Below are positions 55,433 through 64,000 of a stretch of 64,000 bases of DNA, piece after piece. The position numbers and the translations under genes are program-made. This DNA is from Phoronis australis (Eukaryota > Animalia > Phoronida), in assembly GCA_002633005.1 (NCBI GenBank), contig NMRA01000666.1, forward strand, positions 1 through 64,000, given 5' to 3'. Position 1 is the stretch's first letter. Every line of letters starts with the position of its first letter. The notes beneath the pieces are model-generated. The model saw only the letters and a list, made by a program, of their open reading frames with translations. It ran no database searches and had not been told where the DNA came from.

Positions 55433-57637
55433 GTGAGTACACGCAGTTGTTATTAGTCCTCTATACTATATATATGGTCAGTTCTTTTGGATTCTTATCT
55501 CTGAGAGTTTTCATGTTTGGGTGTTAAGACGTAAGCAGTGGGCCTGGTGACGGTCGACGCTGTCGAATCGCTTGTTGTCGACTTCCGTGCTTTCTGACTT
55601 TGTCATAGTTTTCGAGGCAAAACAAACGATCCATAGGTATCCACAGAGGTTCAAGCCGCGTTCGGCGAAACAGATGCATCCGTTTATCGATTCTTGGACT
55701 ATCTCGCAGCTATCGCCGGGGTTTTCCACGTTTGAGCAGGAGCTGTAAAAAATTTCTTCTCAGAGACAGATTCCGCCATCTTGACACGTATGAACTGTAA
55801 GTGGATCACAAGGTCACCGGTCTACAACACCTGATAAAAATTGTTGAAAAACGATAACACTCCTCACAATCAAGTTACCCGGGGCCTGGGATGACGCAGT
55901 GGTTTTCACCTGCACGCCAACTGTTAAGTTGGTGAAATAAGAACAGATAATGACGCCATTTGGGTAGCAAGACTCGAATGCCCAAAGCTTTTCGAAATCG
56001 CTGGGAAAGGAGAGAGATGATGTGCAACGTTTCTATTTTTTACCTCAAACAACCCATTCATCGCCACGTTAAAGGGGTGAATCCAGGGGTTTGAGTTAAG
56101 GGGGAGGGGGGCACGGCAGAGTATTAGCCAGGATTTTGCCCGTCAGACATAAGCAACACGAACTGCCAAGTGGAATCTGGTATAATTTTAGGGGGTGCCT
56201 TGGCCCCCGCTCTCTAAATCCACCAGTGGTTCACCACTGGTTAAAGCTGCACTTCCCGCTGTTTAGCAGGTCAAAAATTAATGTCTAAGTGATATTTACT
56301 CGACCTCAAAGCCACTATCTATTCGAGCAAAAACGCTTCAGAACTTAGTGGGGCTTCGGATGTCCCATGTTGGAATACGATTCATCTCTTTTAGTATACT
56401 TACATGTAACTTATGGGGATCGTTGGGAACTTTCAAGGACATCGTTGCGAATAAAACATGGCAACACTTCCCGGGAAGATGATAGAATTGGGTACAAGCC
56501 TCAACATAATTAACATTGGCGGCGCACCTTAGGGGGTTGGGGGCTATAGCCCCCACTTATTTGTGTGCTGCGCCGCCCATGGACAATGGCGGCGCATCCG
56601 ATAGGGGCCTGAGAGGCAATACCCTCATTTATTTCAGTGTTTCCTCTCCCATGATTAAGCGAGTACACGATCAAAAAATGAAAGTAGGGAAAGTAAAATA
56701 CATGCACGATGAGAAAATTGACCACAGTTGCATTATTAGAACTGACGGGGAGCTTACGTTCAACTTTTTTAGTCGTCACACTTGTCGAAAACCACACGTC
56801 CAACTGTACACCCTGCAATCGTGTCCAGCGTTCTCATCAACCTCTTCCGAGAATTCACGCGTCCTCTCAATAATTAACATTGTAACATTTGATTATACGG
56901 TGATAAATCTCTCACGAGCCTGGAAATCGACGTGAGGACGCTTATCCACAATGTCAGAGTCTCCCCTGACCATAACAATTACAGTACACTAACTCCAAGT
57001 TCAAAGTCTTCAAGTTAGCGGGGGGCTAGTCGCGGACGCGAAAATTGCATCGACACTCTCAATCCGACACGTGTACTCGTGTACCTAGCTATACATTTGA
57101 AATTGGAGAAAGTATGCGTGGAAATATACCCAGAAAAAATTCCATGACTTCTCTACCATACGAATGTCGTAAAAGCACATGTACTTGAGGCTGCAAACAA
57201 CGTTAATCTCAACGCAAATTCCCTAAGTTTTTTTGAGCTGTTCAAACTTGAAAAACTTCCTGGGAAGCCGAATGACGTATTAATGCGCGACACTGGTGCA
57301 GTCGAATTTTTACGAGAAAACGTCTTGTGTGTAATGTTGATTAAATATGCATTACCTAGATTCGCCTTCAATAAAAAGCGTCGAAACATTTTGGATATGT
57401 GTGTAATTTGACCATTGGGCCATTTTATTTTGTTATTTTGGCAATGATTACCTGACCTGATATGCCAATAATTGGCAGCCCAATTTCCACTTGGCTTGAA
57501 ATGGGACATAATTTGGCTCTTAAAAGTGCAAAAAAGGATACTTGAACGTTGAAATTGTATGATAAGACTTTGTTATTGCATTGTCACTTGATAGACTACA
57601 ATGATAGTTAGCTAATACAGGTATTTGTGTCTCACAG

Positions 57638-57910
57638 AACCGTGCACACGTAAGCTGTTCGGGTTGGACTATATTGGATCGAGGGCGATTACGTTAAAAG
57701 GGGAACTGTGTAAAAGTTGGTCTCATCCTGATGTGATAAAAAGACTTCACAATACACAAAGAGGAGAATGGGCATTTAACCAAATGCCCCTGCACGTGCA
57801 GAGGTCAAATCTGTGCAGGAATGCAGACCTCAGTCCACACGGCCCATGGTGCTACATTGACAGCAAATTCCCGAAGTGGGGCTACTGCGGAATTTCTGAG
57901 TGTCCAAACG
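57638..57910 (+). CDS. WSC-kringle protein exon: kringle 2
   Basis: Acceptor tttgtgtctcacag, donor AACG|gtgagt (phase 1-1). Encodes EPC..GLDYIG..TLKGELCKSW...NLCRNADLSPHGPWCY..KWGYCGISEC. Confidence 0.92.
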
Positions 57911-58899
57911 GTGAGTTTTAGGTACAGTAATTCCTGCATGGCCAAATATACGAGTACTAAAATATATAGTATCAAGTCACGTGTTGACTTCCTTGAGAAT
58001 GTGCATACCACTGTATCTATTACTGACTGCCAACCAATTTCACTGGATTCAAAGTCGTTATTCACCAATTGCCCAGTATTTATTATTAACAATGTCTATA
58101 GGCATCCAAATTTGAAACCTCCTGAAATTCCAAAGGACATACTTAAAGAAATGCTATTAACTTGCAGGACGAAGGTACCATTTCGACATGTAAATGGTAA
58201 ACTATTTGTGCAGAAAGATGATGTTAGTATGGGTTCCCCATTAGGCCCAACGTTCGCTGAATTTTATATGTCAGAAGTTGAAAAACGAGTTAATTGACCA
58301 CTTTCCTATATATGTTCGATATGTTGATGATATTTTCGTCTATTTGTAATTTTGATGGAGTGGTATCGCTTAAGACTGTGCTTGAGAAACAATGAGTGCT
58401 GAAATTCACTCATGAATCATCTGTGAATGATAAGATGCCTTTTCTAGATGTACTTATATGCACCTCAGACACATGATTCATCACATCAGTTTATCACAAG
58501 CCTACTGACAAAGGTATTTGTCTCCATGCTGACAGTGACTGTTCTGAGCGTTAAAAGATAGCTGTTTTAGATAATCTCTTATAGAGAGCTCACACTATTT
58601 TGTCATACTGGAAACTGTTCATTAGTGAAGTCCAACATGTAAAACAACTTCTAATAAATGGTTACACAAATTCATTTGTGGATAAGCACATAAATCGGTT
58701 TGTCTCAAATTAAAGTTAAGCACCATTATCAGGTACAAACATTTACTGGTCATGTTAAAAAACTATTCTACAAAAACAGTTTCTCCAGAAGTTATGTACA
58801 AAATGAGCAAGTCCTAAAGAACATAATCTATAATGATGTAAGAGCTGTTTATCCTAAAGACAAGGTAGATGTAATTATTTATTACATGATGTGAAGACA

Positions 58900-59554
58900 T
58901 ATAGATTATTACTTGTTCTCAGTCGTTAACCCCCGTTATCTAGAGCCCGAGTGGATTTTGGAGAATTATTGCCCGAGGGGCGTTAGCCCCGAGGGTGATA
59001 ATTCTCCAAAATCCATTGAAAAACCAATTGAAAAGTTAAATAAATAGAAATAAAGTGAATCTATAAATTAAGTTTTAGCAACTATTATAGCTTACTACAC
59101 ATTTTATCACGCTAAGCTTCGACCGGGAAAATATCGTCTGCTAAAGTAGGTTACCACTAGTAACTGATTATAATGCTCAAGTAAAAGGATCCCGACGACA
59201 CGATACCCCCATTCAAATTGGAGATCGGTGATTTACAAGTGAGAGAACACGAGAGAAAAATTTCACTGAATTAAATATCGTTTTTATGGAAATTGTGCGT
59301 CTTATGTTTCATAGCGTATAAATGTCCGTACAATGCCCTTAGCCGAACATGCGTTTGTTGCGCGTATTCCATGTTCACGTTCCATGACGTCAGCCGCTGA
59401 GTGGTGTAGTGGTAAATCGGCGAGTCGAAACTCTTGAGACCCGGGTTCGAATCCGCCCTCGGTTTCCCGCCAAAATGTTAACCCACTATTGAAATAACTT
59501 CATGGGTTATTACATGGTTGTATCTGCCATTCGAGGCTAAAATTGTGGTATAAC
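58900..59554 (+). mobile_element. Foldback-headed element with tRNA-like box, copy B, inserted in the Penelope ORF
   Basis: Homologous to 22710-23808 with an internal deletion. A box tggtgtagtgg and B box gggttcgaatcc at 59394-59470. Removing it rejoins the host codons AAG ACA|TCT AAT. Confidence 0.8.
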
Positions 59555-60054
59555 TCTAATTCAGCGATGAGAAATAATATTATTCGTGAGAAGGTCCGTA
59601 CTGTTCCTAGATGTAATGTTGTTATGACTTCACTTGTCTCGCAGTCGAATGTTTTCGTCCTCATCAGTAACAAATTACATGTACATTGGGCACACCGTCT
59701 GTTCCTTGTTGTGACGACTTTCAATGCATTTACAATCCATAAAAGACCATTTTCAAAATGTTCATGGTTGCAAGATAACTCAGCAAGAGATTGTTGACAA
59801 TACAGTAATTCGGTACATTGAAAATGATGTACACAGGTTACGAACATTAGAGTCACTTATAATATTGATTGAAAAACCAATTTGAATGAGCACCTAACTG
59901 GAACTCGAAGGACCCTATTATTATTTCGGTGATCTGTGCATTATGATGCACAGCAACGCGCGTGTATTTATATATGTGTGTGTTTTTATCTTCACGTGTT
60001 ATATTACATTTGTCATTTCTGATGTGCGTTTCACTGTGAACTAGTTGTGAATAG

Positions 60055-60098
60055 TAGCCTGAAGATGAGATATGTGTCTCGAAATATCGAATTGTAAA
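60055..60098 (+). ncRNA. Candidate minimal hammerhead ribozyme in the Penelope pLTR
   Basis: CTGAAGA-T-[GAGAT atgt GTCTC hairpin]-GAAA core, at the position where PLEs carry hammerheads. Stems I and III are not clearly resolved. Confidence 0.55.
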
Positions 60099-60599
60099 TT
60101 ATTTTACCTACTGATGTCGATTGGATTTTTATTTCACTGTTGATCTCTATTTACAGAGTTTGAAAGAACTGAAATTAAACTCGTAAAAACAGATCAAAGT
60201 CGTGTCTTCAATGAAATATGTATTTATGATTAAGCCTTTATGATTTTCCTTGTAACACGAGTGTAATTGTAAGACAAGGCAATAATAGTATAGGGAATTA
60301 GACAAGAAAACAAATCATATCTAAGCTTAGATGATCATAGCGCTCAATTGTTTTAATTAAAAATTGTAATAACAACTATTACACAAAGAAAAAAACGAAA
60401 ACAAAATAAATTCATACGAAATTAAAGGAATGACATATAAACAAAAAAGTGCTTAGCGGAACATAAAAAATGAAATCACTAAGGTTTTGGAGTAAATGTA
60501 AATTACACTTATATTCTAAGTTGTGGCAGTCGTATCATAAAAAGGGATTTTTACCTTTTATTAAGTTTGTGAGTTCACCAGATCTGATCATTGAATAGA

Positions 60600-63500
60600 A
60601 GGCGAAAGAGGTTTTCACGCTCAGCGTTGTAAATAGAACTTGTGGGCAAGGAGTGATCATTAAAGATTTTTACGGGTAAACGAGAAAAAGTAGTCTTTTT
60701 AACATGAAATTTCAAACCATGAACTTTGAACAGGGACTAGAAGCTTTACGCTAACTTGGCCACGACAGTACTCGTGGACAGCAGCTATTGTTACTATCTG
60801 AGTTAATTCTAGCATACAATCCAGCTCTGTCACATCATAATTTCTGGTTTAAAAACAAACAGGTTGCGTCTATCATATCAACTTTGTAGTAATTCATGGA
60901 TTTATAGAATCGTACGATGATTTACATCATTTTTGAGATTTGCAATTTTATTGTAAGAACATAAGTAGATCGAATTGTGCAGGTTTGAAATTAAAGATAC
61001 AGATTGCGCCGCTTTCAGTGAGTTCTGGAGAAATTTGTAAAGCCTGTGAAAATAACTGAATCTGCTCCAGTCAGAACATGTATGTGTATAGGATGTACAG
61101 ACCCTTTGCTGTATTGCCTACAAGACTTGTAGAGATCGAGTAGAACGTGCTTTAAAAGTCAATACCCGCTAGCTATAAGCCATCCAGCTATAATGTAGAA
61201 CTAGACACAATGGAAATGTCTTGTCTAAGGTATGGCAAGGGAAATTAGCAGTCATATCAATGTCTGCTGCAATTCTGTGTGAAAGACGTTCGTCAGGCTG
61301 CTAACCAAGCATAATTTCTAGTCTTCGGGAAAGGAATGCAGGGTCTACGAGTGGTTTGGTTTTGTAGGTCATTTAGTCTTCGTTTGGGCCAGAAATGTGT
61401 ACCTAAATCTTAACCTAATAATTAACGAACTGCCTTGGATTTATCACATGCAGCTTCCTAGACAAGTCTTTTACTGAAAGATACATGTATGCATAATCTG
61501 AAAGATTGCTGAAGTAGTCAAGCATTTTTGGGACATCCCAGGTCTCGTGACATTTTGTGTGCAAGATTTGAAGACACCCAAAGTGATCTTTTTATAGTCA
61601 CGAATAGTCCCACAAGGACACCGTGACGAGCTAAGTTAGCAGATCTATAGATGTTGACAGTGAGATATCTTAAGACCTAAGGAAAAAAAGTCTGCTACAT
61701 TTCTTAAACACGAGAGAAAAAGGTCAATTTGTCGTTGAGTGAACCATCGGTTCCACTTTGTCCTGGGGAGAGCGTAATCTGATCTACCACTTGTTGCGAG
61801 AAGGTTAGTAGTGGCTCATAGGTCGTCTGTGTGAAAAACCCTACGCTTTAAGTGACAGCTATTCGTCAACACCAGCGAGTGTACCCCTTCTTGTGATGAT
61901 GTCAGAAGAAGACTCTCTACGAATAGCATAATAATACGGGCAATGGAGACTGGCCTGGCCATACCGGAGTCACATACGTGCAAAGGCATTCTCATTTGGA
62001 CTGGCACCGGCTGGTGATACAGAATGACAGAACATCGATCGTCAGGCAAAGGAACCGGGATTCCAACTCACATATATTGCTGGGTCTGTGTTGCCAATCA
62101 GATGAAGTGACGGAAACGGGTACCTGAAAGCATGCAGCTGCTGTGATATGCAAACTTCTGGTATTGTTGGTCGGCTAAAATGTTCATCACCCTGGGGAGA
62201 TGTTCTTCAGCATGTGTGTCCCTCGCTTGAAAAGCATAGTCTCCGCAAAATTCTAGTGTAGCTTAGATCAGCGACTGGGAATGGAAGCCGCCTATCTTGT
62301 TGATTTCGGTTACACTAACAATACTGTCCACTCTCAGGTAGACATGAGTGTTGTGTTTGCCCTTCGTGTACACCTACACTGCGAAAATGCCTGCTTTGTC
62401 GCGTTGGAGCTAAATAATATACAAGTGGAATTGATTAAAGACTCGGGATATTTTGAGCTTTGACCAAAGTGATTTTTTTTCATATTTACGTGTATTACCA
62501 ACATTGAAGCAACATCCGTTCTTTGATAAATTGTTCTCTGGGTTAATTGAAGATGACGATGTACTCATGGTAGGTTAGATTAAGAGTCTAATTTCCACAG
62601 ACGCAGCACTATCAGAACTGAACTGAATAGTTTGGTGAATATTTTTGGAGCTGAGCTCATAGCAAAGAGTAGCAATCGGAATTGACAAAGCTGGTGTTGC
62701 CATTAAACTTTGCAATGGCACTGTTGATGGGTGTTTATGGCACACAAAACTAAGAATTTTTCAAAACGATTGTGCATATCCAGTCCTTTGGGTGGACTAA
62801 AGGCAAAAAAACATTATGATGCCCCCATATTGAAATTTTATTGCGTTGCGAAATAGTTCATGGGCTTCAAGTTGAAGACTTGTGGAAATCCCACTCTTTT
62901 GTCTGTCTGAGAAAATGATGTTCCTTCATTTAGGTAATCGAGTGAATTGTCTGCTTGATCACATTGGCGTTCAACAGGTTCTGCATCTTGTCAGAAGGTC
63001 TCTTTTTGAAAGTATATTATTTTGGGTGAAACACTCTGCGCACGTGGTGTTACGTATTCTAACAAATGTGTTCATAAGAGACACTAGGTGAACAGTTCCT
63101 TTATATTATTTTTGTCCAATAGGTGGATCATGTTTTAACAATATTTGCTATTGCAGTTATTGCATGTATATTTGGTTTTACCCACTATAGAGTTCGAAGT
63201 AAAATGGTAACTTGTAGTTTTGAGTTTGCTTAATTTTAATGAGGTGGAATCGAAGGAAATTAAAAAAGATCGTCGAATCAAAATGCCCGTTAATCCCCAG
63301 GTGTATCCAAATGTCTCTCGAAGGTGGCATCCACTCGGGCACGTGAGAGTGAACGTGGGTTTCACACGACTTCTATTTGACTTTGCCTCTCCCTTCCTGC
63401 GCTGAGGAGGACCCGCCGGAAGGACCGGCGCTTGCGACGGCTTCTAAATCGACCTGATGAGGATTTCAGCCAATAACCACCAAAATCGTCAGCTATTGTT

Positions 63501-64000
63501 AATGCACTTTTCTGGCTTGTCTAGGCATTGGTTGTGGATATCAGGCTTTACAGTCTGTCTTGTCCAGACCTTAAGCTCGATATTCTGAAAATGGCAATAG
63601 ACTGTCGACAGAAACCCCAGGAGTGCTTTCAAAGATTGTAGTGAATCGAACCGTGTTGTCACAGAGTACGTGTCATTATCAACGTCAATCACTGCGGGGC
63701 GGTACAACTCGGAGAAACTTCGATCTGACGCTGAGCCTGGTGACGACGAGAGGCTCGATCCCAAGGAAGAAACATCATGTGTTGTACGTGCACGATAGCA
63801 CTTGCTCCTTACCTCTCACCAAGTGGATCGTCTGAGAGGCCTGTCACTCTGTCGTGCCTGCAATTTTGATCTGACGCGACAGTTGTTGGCCTGCCGATGC
63901 ACGCCACACCAGACTGTTCAAGAACTTTACTCCTGCTGGGCAACAAATGGCATTCAACCATAACGTAACAAAAGCAATGATGCTCCTTTTCTAAGATCTA
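60600..64000 (-). mobile_element. Decayed DIRS1-like tyrosine-recombinase retrotransposon (runs off the window)
   Basis: Minus strand: RT relics VFNLKPMNYF..FNM and DWICTIVLK...QF.LLLFAMSSAPKIFTK (62630-62880). YR relics RYTFLAQT (~61390), AGID/KARSTRS (~61135-61170) and SDWSRFSYFHRLYK (~61034-61075). Gag-like region above 63400. The lower boundary is approximate. Confidence 0.82.

Larger units (their letters stand above)
57925..60226 (+). mobile_element. Decayed Penelope-like retroelement (RT + GIY-YIG)
   Basis: RT motifs ISLDSKSLFTNCP, QKDDVSMGSPLGPTFAEFYM, YVRYVDDIF and MPFLDV. GIY-YIG relic NVV..YIGHT..RLSMH..RTLESLII..KP at 59610-59890. The 3' pseudo-LTR repeats an ORF-start-like FERTEIKLVKTDQSRVFNEICI at ~60159-60225. 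Confidence 0.88.

Noticed and set aside
50297-57910. Calling the gene KREMEN, plasminogen or ROR
   Set aside because: The domain order differs, and no CUB, protease, Frizzled or kinase exon is visible.
59394-59470. tRNA gene (also 23649-23727 and 48720-48799)
   Set aside because: A/B boxes are present, but the cloverleaf is imperfect, the anticodon arms differ between copies, and all are embedded in repeats.

Overview
Eukaryotic, AT-rich, transposon-dense genomic DNA, most likely from a marine invertebrate (inferred from the TE families present), with one assembly gap at 17540-18350. There are no prokaryotic genes, CRISPR arrays or intact rRNA/tRNA genes. The only convincing host gene is on the + strand and spliced. 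Its exons at 32201-32337, 33551-33734, 37860-38144, 50297-50584, (55412-55432) and 57638-57910 join in compatible phases to encode WSC-WSC-Kringle-(linker)-Kringle. The start exon is uncertain and no last exon is found in the window. Most other sequence is decayed, often nested mobile DNA: several Academ elements, a Sola3 derivative, THAP-bearing Kolobok-like and P-like elements, a hAT-like MITE, a solo LTR, a Penelope-like retroelement with a hammerhead-ribozyme-like motif, a DIRS retroelement, a tRNA-SINE and an unusual foldback element carrying a tRNA-like Pol III promoter. All family calls come from reading motifs by eye, with no database searches.
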